A stretch of 64,000 nt of DNA. Source: Ascoidea asiatica JCM 7603. Taxonomy: Eukaryota; Fungi; Ascomycota. Under the pieces are notes generated by a model. The model was not told the DNA's origin. It ran no database searches and saw nothing but the letters and a program-made list of their open reading frames with translations. The position numbers and the translations under genes are program-made. Of the stretch, positions 35,643-46,146 are shown one piece after another (positions within the stretch are counted from its first letter, which is position 1; every line of letters begins with the position of its first letter). The DNA is taken from positions 1,059,677 to 1,123,676 of the forward strand of contig BCKQ01000004.1 in NCBI GenBank assembly GCA_001600695.1, read 5' to 3'.

Positions 35643-37689
35643 TATTATTTGGTGTAGGATGATTGGCTGTAGTAGGTGTTGGCACGCTACTTGATGTCGT
35701 TGTAGTAACAATAGGAGTTTCAGAAGATGAATCATTGACAGTATTAGTTGTAACAATATGACCATTTCTATTAGTAGTTGTTGTAGTGGTAGTTACTCCA
35801 TTTGGGCCTGTTCTTCGAGTAGTTCTTGTTGTTCTTGTAGCTCTGGTGGTATTAACTGGAAATGTGAAAAAAACAAATTCACCATCTAAAGGAGTTGCAT
35901 TTGCATTTGCATTCGCATTGGCGTTAGCATTAGCATTAGCATTTGCATTTAGATTTGGTAATCCGTTTGAATTTGGATCAATATTAATGAAAGGATTTTG
36001 ATTATCAGATTCAACTTCTCTTCTACATACAGGACATGAAACATGAGAATTTAACCAATGCTTTATACAAGATTTACCAAATACATGATCACAACATGGC
36101 ATTTTAACAGGTGCATGAATATCTATAGGATTTTCATTATTATTACCATTAGTATTATTAGGTATATTATTAGATGTATTGTTTGAATTATCATGAGATA
36201 ATGGATCTTCATCAGGAGGATCGCTGTAATTAGAAGAAGCATTTGATAGATCATGATTTTCAATTTCACTTTCATTTTCATGATCAGTTTTGATATTATT
36301 TTTAATTTCATCTTTATTTTTTAAAGAATCTGAAATATTATTTAAATCTTGATAGGAATCAAAACAAATTGGACAAACTCTTTCATTAATATCTAAAGTT
36401 AGAATATTTACAGGAATTAAAGCATCAATAGCTTTTTTAGAAGCATGTTTTTGAATTGATTGATTGAAAACATCAGTAAAATTATTTACAACTTCAGGTA
36501 TTCTAAACATGGAAGTAATGAATTCATGTACCATACCCTGCTGAGATTGATTAATATTTGGATTTCTTGGATTGCTTGAGTTGGTATTATTATTGTTATT
36601 ATTATTATTATTAGCATTACTTTGTGTATCGGTTGAAGTTCCAGATGAAGTTTCAGTATTATTTTGAGATTGTGGGACTGAATTTGTTTGCTGATTTGTA
36701 GATCTAGGAGGATTAGAAGGAAAGAAATCAGAAGATGTAAAAACTCCAGAACCAGTTTGAGGATTAGAATTAGTATTAGTATTTCTTGGAGTGTTAGGTG
36801 TTGGAACTGAAAATGGAATCTGCTGCATTATTCTTTCAAGAATTGCAAATGAATCCAAATTTTGAAGAGGAAATTGAGGATTAGTATTAGTTCCAGTTCT
36901 TGGAGTAGTATTAGAATTTTGAGTAGTGTTAGGATTTGAATTGGAGTTTATATTTTGTGGATTATTAGTAGTAGGGTTTGTATTAGTATTGGAATTTGTA
37001 TTGGTATTAGTAGTATTTCTTTGAGTTGTATTTGAAGTGAATGGATTTAAATTAAAAAATGGAAATCTTGTAAAATGAAAGTTATTAGAACGTGGTGTAT
37101 TTGTATTAGTATTGGAACTAGTATTTGTATTATTTTGGGTACTGGTATTAGTATTATTATTAGAGTTCGTATTATTATTGGTATTTGGACTTGATGAGGT
37201 TGGATTAGTATTAGAGTCTGTATTAGTATCTGATGATTGTCTTGTAACTTGAATGTTAAATAGACCATTATCTTGAGGTGAGTTATTAAAATGTGAATTT
37301 AACATATTTGTGAAATCGCTAACATTTGAAAGAAACGAAAAGGGAGTTGGATTTGAATTTGGATTTGGAATACCTGAATGTATATGTGGTAATGGATTAT
37401 TTTGATTCAAAGGATTTGAAGATGTTGATGTAGATTGTTGTGTTCTTGGAGTTGGTCTTGTATTTCCTGGAGTCCTTGAAGTTTCTGAAGCTCTTGGAGT
37501 TGTATTTGAATTGGCTGAATTTGTTGAATTTGGAACTGGTAAAGGGCTGAAATCGAAAATAGTGTAATTATAATATATTTCATATGGATTATTATCTTGT
37601 TCATTTTGATTAGCTGAATTATTTGGATTATTTGGATTATTTGGATTATTTTGTCCAGTATTTGAATTAACTGGATTTGATTCTGACAT
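35068..37689 (-). CDS. SAN1: Nuclear protein quality-control RING E3 ligase, San1-like
   Basis: Split RING: CPIC, long insert, then HAPVKMPCCDHVFGKSCIKHWLNSHVSCPVCR, with the San1-type HxFGxxC. Disordered, nearly lysine-free flanks. Confidence 0.82.
35461..35650. repeat. (AAT)n poly-Asn microsatellite (about 29 pure units) plus a 51-nt tandem duplication in SAN1
   Basis: Pure (ATT)n at about 35551-35638. The NNHNHNNNSNNHANN block repeats with a 51-nt period. Confidence 0.9.
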
Positions 37690-38357
37690 TATTATAAAAT
37701 TTATAATATAGGAATTTGAAGTTGGAAATCAAAATTGATATTCTGAATTAAAATAAGAATTGCAATAAGAATTGAATTAAAAACTTATAAATAAAAGCAA
37801 AATAGCTAAGTGAGAAATATTAAAAAGGAAGGAAATAATCCAATTCAAGTATAACATCTATTATTTATATATCTGTTGTATTTATGATCTTACTAATTGG
37901 AGCTATCTGAATCTTACAAACACACTCTGCTATAGTTAAGTGCCTATTCGTGATGAAGTTTATTAATCAAGGAGTTTCACTATCGAGAGCCGGAAATGGA
38001 CTACCAAAAAGAACCCAAAGAACATCAACACGTGTATTTTTACTTTTCTCGGTCATTCCGGTTCCCTCTGGCACTTTTTGCAGTCATTTCTCGTCATCTC
38101 CAGTCATTTTCTTGAAGCTTCCAGAAGCTTCCATCGAAACTTCTGCGGTCACCTGACTTTACAGGGCTTAGACCTGATTTTGAGGGTTTAGGATCACGTG
38201 GTATTGTTGATAATTTCATTTTTATCTCGGTCACATTTTAGAATTTGATGATTTTGGTGATTAATTATTTACATATGTTACAAGCGACGTTATTTGTACA
38301 GAGAGATAAATATATTATAATAAAAGATATAAATATGAACAGAAATAATTCATTTGG

Positions 38358-39542
38358 CTACAAAACTCCATAGACACCTTTTTTAGCATTTTCTCTAATT
38401 TGTAAAATAGCATTTTTCTGTTCTCCATCTGGATATGCATTTAATTGTTCATCACTTAATTCAAGCAATTGTTTAATCAATTGTAATTGTTCATTAGCTT
38501 CATTACCTTCACTGATACCATTATTATTATTATTTTGATTACCACTATTACTTGGCAATGATTGAGGATTATTACCAGAATTTGATTTCACACCATTATT
38601 AATTTTCATATTATTATTCTTAGGAATAGTAGTGTTTGTAGTAGATGAATTGGATATATTAGATGTATTTAAGTTTACATTATCATTAGATTTATTAATA
38701 GTTTGATTATTTAATTTTTTTTTATTTAAAATTTCACCAATTTGTTCACTACCAATTAATTTAAATTGAATTAATAATTCAATTAATGAATATGTTAATT
38801 GTGGATAATTTTTTAATAATTGATTTAATTTTTTTGAATTTTCTGAAGTTTTATTTGATAATGCTAGTTTTTTAAAATCTTTTAAAATATTAATTAATTT
38901 AAAATTATCTAAATTTTGTAAAGTATTTGAAATTGCTTCATTTGGAGTAATTATATTTAAATCTAATGTTATTCCATTTAATAAATTATTAGATCCAATT
39001 CCTTTATTACTATTATTTCCTCCTATTATACCACTATTTACACTTATATTACCGCCAATACTATTATTACTACTATTGCCTATTATTGTATTATTATTAT
39101 TCTGATTATTATTTTGATTATTGTTATTGTTATTATTATTCACCACATTTTTCTTTCTTCTTTTATTCTGTTTCATATCTTCATTTTCATTATTATTATT
39201 ATTATTTTCCATATTATTATTGTTATTGTTATTATTATTTTGATTATTATTTGAATTTGTATTCAATAAAGTTGAATCATGACTAAAATCACATTTTAAA
39301 CTTCTATTACCAATTGAATAATTATTTAAATTTCTCACAGCACTTTCTGCAGTCTCAATATCATTATATTCAACAAATGCATATCCTTTTGATTTTCCAG
39401 TATCTTTATCAAACATTAATTTTAATTCAACTACAGGTCCAACTGAATTTGCAATTTCTAAAACTTGTTCTTCACTTTGATCATATGGTATAGACCCAAT
39501 ATATATCACTTTACCATGTTGTCTATTACTATTGCTATTCAT
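38358..39542 (-). CDS. RNA15: mRNA 3'-end cleavage factor CF IA subunit (CstF-64 homolog)
   Basis: RRM IYIGSIPYDQSEEQ...DKDTGKSKGYAFVEY, hinge domain, C-terminal QLIKQLLELSDEQLNAYP domain. Confidence 0.93.
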   Translation of the reverse strand: MNSNSNRQHGKVIYIGSIPYDQSEEQVLEIANSVGPVVELKLMFDKDTGKSKGYAFVEYNDIETAESAVRNLNNYSIGNRSLKCDFSHDSTLLNTNSNNNQNNNNNNNNNMENNNNNNENEDMKQNKRRKKNVVNNNNNNNNQNNNQNNNNTIIGNSSNNSIGGNISVNSGIIGGNNSNKGIGSNNLLNGITLDLNIITPNEAISNTLQNLDNFKLINILKDFKKLALSNKTSENSKKLNQLLKNYPQLTYSLIELLIQFKLIGSEQIGEILNKKKLNNQTINKSNDNVNLNTSNISNSSTTNTTIPKNNNMKINNGVKSNSGNNPQSLPSNSGNQNNNNNGISEGNEANEQLQLIKQLLELSDEQLNAYPDGEQKNAILQIRENAKKGVYGVL

Positions 39543-40269
39543 CTTTAATTTCTACTTATTATACAGTATAATTTATGTCAATAATTATTTTTTTTTAAAT
39601 CTTATCAAAATTGAAATATTGATAAAATAATCAGATAATTTTGGTTTTTTCCAGTTTAAGCTTACCAGTAACAATAACAATAACAACACTAAAAAACACA
39701 GTACCAGTTCTATGGTACTTTCTCTTAATTCCTTATATTCCAAATGTATGGCTCCAATGCATATAAACGTGGTAGTTACCTCGTAATACCTATTATAGAT
39801 CTACCACAATTCTGGATTTGTTTTTTTTTTCCCGATTTTTCAAATTTCGGATATTTTACTCCATTAAACAAACTTTATCATCAGTTCATTTCTATTCAAT
39901 TTCTATTTAATTTCATATCTTTTTCATTATATAAAATACATCTATCCTATTCAATAACACCCTATTGAATATCATACTCAATTTGTCCAATATCTCGACA
40001 AAAAGTACTCAAATAGTTCAATCTTCAATATGATTGGTTTCGTTTAGTTTTATAAGTTCTAAATGGTAACTTACTAAATAGAAACTAAATAATCTCTTGT
40101 CCTTAAATAAATACTATTTATTACAATAGATAAGATAACAATTAATATACTAAGTTTTATAATATATAAAAGGTGCTTTAAATTCCTAAGTTTCTCAACT
40201 TAATTCATCAAAAATATTAAATCAAATATTCAATAAGATAAATTAAAACAATAATTAAATAAAAAAAGA

Positions 40270-41421
40270 ATGGTAAAACCAAGAGTGGTAGTAATTGGAG
40301 CTGGAGTATCTGGATTAACAACAGCATTAATATTATCAGAAAATAATTATGATGTTACAATAGTTTCAAAAGATTTACCAGGTGATTTGCATACAAATTC
40401 ATTTTATACATCACCATGGGCGGGAGCAAATTGGTCATCATTTGTTGGTAATGTATCAAATAATAATACAGATGAAGAAAATAATAGAATTATTTTTTTA
40501 CAAAATTTAGATAAAAGATCATATTATTATTTTCAAAAATTAAGTGAAATTGATAAATCTTGTGGTATAAAAATTTTTGAAAAAGTTAATTATTTTAGAA
40601 AAGATACAAAAGATGAATTTTTAAAATATTTAAATCCAAAAACTAGACCATGGTGGTGTTCATTTGTTAAAGATTTTAAAATTGTTGAATGTAGTAGTGA
40701 AGATAACGATATTATTGGATATTATTCAAGTAAAACTATTACAATTTCAGTTAATATTTATTTAAATTGGTTATTAAATAAATGTTTTAAAAATAATGTT
40801 AATCTTAAAAGAATTGAAATTAAAGATATTAAAGAAATTAATAATTTAAATTTAAAACCAGATTTAATTATTAATTGTACAGGAAATTATTCAAGATTTA
40901 TTAAAAATATTGAAGATTTAGATGTTTATCCAATTAAAGGTCAAACAATTTTAATTAAAAATAATCTTGATAAACAAGTTACAGTAACTTTAAGTAAATC
41001 TGAAAAATTAAAAAATCCATATGATTCATTTTATTTATTTCCAAGAAAAGAAGGAGGTTGTTTAATTGGAGGATGTTTTGAACCAAATTATAATATTAGT
41101 TTAAAGAATTTTAAAGAATTTTCAAAACCTAATAATGATTTAACTGAAAGATTATTAAAAAGAGCAAAAAAATATTGTCCAGAATTAATTAATTGTAAAG
41201 AATTAGGTAATGAAAAGTTTAATGAAATTGAGGTTTTATCAGTTAATGTTGGTTTTAGACCTGGTAGAAAAAATGGTGTAAGAATTGAATTACAAAATGG
41301 AACAAATATTATTCATAATTATGGTATTGCAGGTGCTGGATATCAAGCATCATATGGATTAGCAAATGAAGTTCTAAAAATTGCTAATGATTACATGTCT
41401 TCTATCAAAGCTAAATTATAA
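40270..41421 (+). CDS. DAO1: Peroxisomal D-amino acid oxidase (DAO/DDO family)
   Basis: VVVIGAGVSGLTTA (FAD), SPWAGANW, YPIKGQ, VGFRPGR, HNYGIAGAGYQASYG, and C-terminal PTS1 -AKL. Confidence 0.92.
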   Translation: MVKPRVVVIGAGVSGLTTALILSENNYDVTIVSKDLPGDLHTNSFYTSPWAGANWSSFVGNVSNNNTDEENNRIIFLQNLDKRSYYYFQKLSEIDKSCGIKIFEKVNYFRKDTKDEFLKYLNPKTRPWWCSFVKDFKIVECSSEDNDIIGYYSSKTITISVNIYLNWLLNKCFKNNVNLKRIEIKDIKEINNLNLKPDLIINCTGNYSRFIKNIEDLDVYPIKGQTILIKNNLDKQVTVTLSKSEKLKNPYDSFYLFPRKEGGCLIGGCFEPNYNISLKNFKEFSKPNNDLTERLLKRAKKYCPELINCKELGNEKFNEIEVLSVNVGFRPGRKNGVRIELQNGTNIIHNYGIAGAGYQASYGLANEVLKIANDYMSSIKAKL

Positions 41422-42720
41422 TCTCAATTCTTTTCAAATTAATTTTTGATATCATGTCTATTTCAATAATTTTTATAATAAATATTCAATAATTTCTTCT
41501 TATTTCGAGTTAGTTATACCTTGAATATCGGCTATTGCGGTTATATCGCTTATTAAAAATGAAAATAGGTCATGTGCCATTAGTACGGATTTGAGTCCGA
41601 GTCGAAAATGAAAAACCGGGGTCGAATTCCTTGCTTGAGCCAGGAGAAAGCCATCAGAAAGCCAACAGAAGCCCAGAAAAAACAAGAAGAAAATACGCAG
41701 AAAAGCGTTGAGAGTCAGGGGCTTATTGGGTCTCAGTAGCCAATAAAAAAGGCTTCTGGATGTAGTAAGCCATAAGTACGTGGCAAGTGATTTGTTTCTG
41801 AAGAGATTCAGTGAGCGCCAGCCAGAATGGAGGCTGAGTCCAAGTGGCAGCGGTGGCGCGGTGGAAGCTCCCAATTTTTTGCTCTGGCGCCGAGTGAGAA
41901 GTGACAGAAGCAGAAGAAGAGCTTTTTGTCGAGCCCACTCGCTCACTCTCTCGCTACCAGAACAATATTTAGTATATCTCCAGACTTGAGATTTCAGACA
42001 CTGGCGTTTGGTAAAAGAAGAGTTCGATAAGCAGCACTGGCACTGAGCTGAAATGAAAAGAAGGTCAAAATGATATGGGAGCTTTTCTGTAAGCGTTACA
42101 GATTTTGATGATTTGTTTTCATATTTCTATTATTCCATTATATTCACTTATTCGATTGCCAATCTTTAGTGCTTTCAACAAAAATTTATCGCTCCTTCGT
42201 TCAAGATAATCTTAATCTTATTCTTATTAGAATTCTAATTCTTAAGAAATCTTGAAAGATCTAGGATTAATCAAACTCTTTTAAATCAATTAGATTCTCA
42301 AATCTATTTTCAATCTTTGTTTTGTTTTAAAACTTTAGAAATATCATTCATTCTATATTTATCAAAGGTATATCTATTCATTACTTTTATCAGTTACAAG
42401 CTTTATTTAAATTGGTTGAATCCATTTTTCTTTCCTTATTATTTTTTATTAATAAATAAACTTATTATATCCATATTGATACTGTGTCATAATAATCTTC
42501 AAGAATCAATCAATCACAAACCATTTATCTTTTGATAATATTCATTAAATCTCTTGATTATAATTATAATTCTGAAATTCAAATTACTTTCCTATATTAA
42601 AGTTTTTTTCTCACTTTATTTTCATTCAAATCTATGTTATGAACTGATTTATTCAACAAAATTAATCAAATCAATCAAAAATAATAATAATAGTATTAAT
42701 ATAAAATATTCTTTTTCACA

Positions 42721-45700
42721 ATGAATCAGTTTGAAGCAAGATTAAATCCAGGAACTTTATTAAAAATTGGTAATCATACTGTTATTGTTCAAAATTATTT
42801 ATCTGAAGGTGGTTATGCTCAAATTTATAAAGTTAAAATCAATCCAATTGAAAATAATTCAAATATTGCATGTTTAAAAAAAGTCATAATTAAAGATAAA
42901 CAATCTTTATCACAATTAAATTCTGAAGTTAAGATTATGAAAATTCTTTCTTATAAAAATTGTAAATATATTGTTAAATATTTTGATCATCAATTAATTA
43001 ATAATCAATTTTTTGTCTTGATGGAATTATGTGAAAAAAATTCACTATTAGATTTTTTAAATACAAGATTACAAACAAAATTAAAAGAAACTGAAATTTT
43101 AAAAATTTTACATAATATTTCTTTAGCAGTTTCTTTTATGCATTATTTACCTGGTTATCCATTAATTCATCGTGATATAAAAATTGAGAATGTATTAATA
43201 AATAATGAAAATATTTTTAAATTATGTGATTTTGGTTCTGCATCTCCAATTTTAAGAAAACCAAAAAATGATTTGGAATTTCAAATTTTAAAAGATGATT
43301 TAGTTAAACAAACAACTCCACAATATAGATCTCCAGAAATGTTAAATTTATCTGAACCAATTGATGAAAAATCTGATATTTGGGCTTTAGGTATTTTTTT
43401 ATATAAATTATGCTATTTTACAACTCCATTTGAAAATCAAAATAATATTGAAATTGCAATTTTAAATGGTTATTATAAATTTCAAAAATTTCCAAAATAT
43501 TCTGATAAATTAAAAAATTTAATTATAATTATGTTAAGAGTTGATCCAAAATTAAGACCAAATATTTATCAAGTTGTTCATTATGTTTGTTCAATGCTAA
43601 ATATCAATGTTCCAATACCTGATATATATAATTTAGGTCCTTATGATTTCAATAATCCAAAAAAAGTTTCTTTAGCTTCTGTTAGATTTACCCAATCTCA
43701 GCCTCAAAATCAATCTCAAGTACAGCATCAAATACAACCTAAAATACAACCTCAAATTCAACAAAATAAATTTCAGAATATGCAAAATATACAACATACA
43801 CCCAATCTTCAATTTACTCCGAATATACAACATACTCCAAATATTCAAAATATTCAAAATATACAGAACACTCCACAATCAAATCATTCTATACCTTCCC
43901 AATTTCCTTCTTCAATATCTTCCAAATTTCAAAATGAATCCCCAAATTTACATTATAATAATCAATATCCAGAATCTAATTTTCAACCTAATTATTCATC
44001 TCAAAATAATCAAATAAATAATTATAATAATAATTTAAATAGAATAAATAACTCTTCACCAATTTTATCTTATGAAAATCAAAAATTCAATTCAAATCAA
44101 AATTTAAATCAATTCAATCATTCAAATCAAAACGTGAATAATAATTATCGCGATCAGAATATTAATGATAACCAATATTCAAATCAATATCCAAATCAGT
44201 ATAATAATCAATTTCCTAAACAATCGACTCAAAATTCTATTGATTCTTCTTGTCCATATCCTACTATAAATGGATTAACTTCAATCGAACCTCCAGTTCA
44301 ATTTCAAGAATCTAAAACTTCTCCACAGATCATAAATAATTATTATCCTAAGAATTCTTCAATACCTGATACTCAAATTTCTAAAAATCAAATTGATGAA
44401 AAAAATAATAATGATAATGATAATTTTATAAATGTTAAAGAAAGAAAAAGTTTAGATTCTCATTCTTCAAGAGGTTCATTGTATGAATATTATGAAAATT
44501 TTTTAAATTTTCAAGCTAGTGAAAATAAACAAAATGAATCAAATATTCCTATTGCTTCATATCCTAACATGAATCCAGAACCTCCTATACAACAATATCC
44601 AAGATCTAATGAATTTAATATAGATAAGAATGATAGAATACCATCTAAACTTCTAGATGCTCCTTATTTAAATCAAGAAATTTCTAATTCAATTGAAGAG
44701 ATTAAAAAATTTACTTTTGATAGTCCAACAAGTAGTATAACTGATGATTTAATAGAATCTAATTTAAAACCAAAATTACCTCCAAAAATTATTGAAAATA
44801 AAAATATTAATAATTTGTTAGAAAAAAAAGATATACTAAATACTTTAAATCAACCTTTAGAAAAAGTAAATGAAAATAATTTTAAATCAGAAATATCAAA
44901 GAAACCAACGTTTTTAATTTTAAATGATCCAATAATATCAACATCGAATACAAGTGTGCAAACAATTAAAGGATTATCTGAATCAGCTGAGTCATCTAAA
45001 CCGTTTGAATTATTAAAATCTTCTTCAATATCTAATATTCAAAATCCTAATAAGGATATATTAAAACCTGAAGAATCTCATATTAAAATAAATAGTAATA
45101 ATGGTAAAAATGAAGGAGAATTAAAGGATATGAATAAGGTTTCAGAACCTGTAGTCATTAATACTGAAGATGTAAATGAATTTGAATTAAAAATACTTAA
45201 AACAAGAAATTCAGGTACAAATCATACATATCCAATGGTAGAAGGAAAAGATAAAAGTAATAATCTAAAGAAATTTTATTCAAATAATTCAAATAATTCA
45301 AATAGTCCACTACCTATTAGAGTGAATTCAACACCTATAAGCTATAACTCATCACCATTTAGAATAAATTCAACACCTATAAGTTATAATTCACCATTGC
45401 GAGTTAACTCACAAGAACGAGAAGATGCAATATCACAGGCATTTAATTCACTCAGTTTATCAAAATCAAATACTAGATCAAGTACAAAATTAAATTCTAA
45501 TACTAATGCTAATACTAATTTGAATTCTGATTTGATTTTTAATCCAAATTTGAATTTAAATACAAACTCACCTAAAATTCAAATAGATAGAACATTTCAA
45601 AATGTTCCTATTAAAGTATCAGAAACCATTCAACAGGGAAGATTTTCTATAAATAATGTTAATAATGGTAATAATATGAACATTAGCATGAATGACATGA

Positions 45701-46146
45701 ATATGAATATGAATATGAATAGTATAAATATGAATAATGTGAGTAATGCCGATAATGTTCCAATAAAGAAAAATACATCATCAAGTTTAAGGAAACCACC
45801 ATTTGCAATTATTCATGAAGATATTCAGAAATCAAGAAAAGATAATTATTTAAGTTATGAAGTATCTACATCAATGGGAAATGATAATGAAGATAATCTT
45901 AATATACCTTTCAAAAGTAATGCTAATTTTAATGTTAATAATAGTGGTAGTAATGACAATTTCTTGAAACCAAGTTTAAGTAATAGTAGTAATGTTTCAA
46001 GCTCAAGTAAAAAGAATTTGAAAAAAGTAGGTGGATTTGTTAGAGGATTAACATCATATATCAAAAAGGATAAAAATAAAGATAAGGAGCTTAAGAAAAA
46101 CCAAGCATCTAGTATTGAATCAACTTTAATGTTCAAAATGAAATGA
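42721..46146 (+). CDS. Ark1/Prk1 (NAK family) Ser/Thr kinase with long disordered tail
   Basis: YLSEGGYAQIY, IHRDIKIENVL, KLCDFGSA, TTPQYRSPEM, EKSDIWALGIFLYKLCYFTTPFE. The activation segment looks more like Ark1/Prk1 than Akl1. Confidence 0.9.
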   Translation: MNQFEARLNPGTLLKIGNHTVIVQNYLSEGGYAQIYKVKINPIENNSNIACLKKVIIKDKQSLSQLNSEVKIMKILSYKNCKYIVKYFDHQLINNQFFVLMELCEKNSLLDFLNTRLQTKLKETEILKILHNISLAVSFMHYLPGYPLIHRDIKIENVLINNENIFKLCDFGSASPILRKPKNDLEFQILKDDLVKQTTPQYRSPEMLNLSEPIDEKSDIWALGIFLYKLCYFTTPFENQNNIEIAILNGYYKFQKFPKYSDKLKNLIIIMLRVDPKLRPNIYQVVHYVCSMLNINVPIPDIYNLGPYDFNNPKKVSLASVRFTQSQPQNQSQVQHQIQPKIQPQIQQNKFQNMQNIQHTPNLQFTPNIQHTPNIQNIQNIQNTPQSNHSIPSQFPSSISSKFQNESPNLHYNNQYPESNFQPNYSSQNNQINNYNNNLNRINNSSPILSYENQKFNSNQNLNQFNHSNQNVNNNYRDQNINDNQYSNQYPNQYNNQFPKQSTQNSIDSSCPYPTINGLTSIEPPVQFQESKTSPQIINNYYPKNSSIPDTQISKNQIDEKNNNDNDNFINVKERKSLDSHSSRGSLYEYYENFLNFQASENKQNESNIPIASYPNMNPEPPIQQYPRSNEFNIDKNDRIPSKLLDAPYLNQEISNSIEEIKKFTFDSPTSSITDDLIESNLKPKLPPKIIENKNINNLLEKKDILNTLNQPLEKVNENNFKSEISKKPTFLILNDPIISTSNTSVQTIKGLSESAESSKPFELLKSSSISNIQNPNKDILKPEESHIKINSNNGKNEGELKDMNKVSEPVVINTEDVNEFELKILKTRNSGTNHTYPMVEGKDKSNNLKKFYSNNSNNSNSPLPIRVNSTPISYNSSPFRINSTPISYNSPLRVNSQEREDAISQAFNSLSLSKSNTRSSTKLNSNTNANTNLNSDLIFNPNLNLNTNSPKIQIDRTFQNVPIKVSETIQQGRFSINNVNNGNNMNISMNDMNMNMNMNSINMNNVSNADNVPIKKNTSSSLRKPPFAIIHEDIQKSRKDNYLSYEVSTSMGNDNEDNLNIPFKSNANFNVNNSGSNDNFLKPSLSNSSNVSSSSKKNLKKVGGFVRGLTSYIKKDKNKDKELKKNQASSIESTLMFKMK

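Noticed and set aside
35421-35765. Poly-Ile ORFs and similar poly-Leu/Met/Tyr ORFs (3783, 7927, 18486, 19360, 39086, 56088, 57127)
   Set aside because: Alternate-frame or antisense readings of (AAT)n and similar repeats inside real genes.
41615-41635. GGGTCGAATTCC, B-box-like
   Set aside because: No cloverleaf or A box, so not a tRNA.
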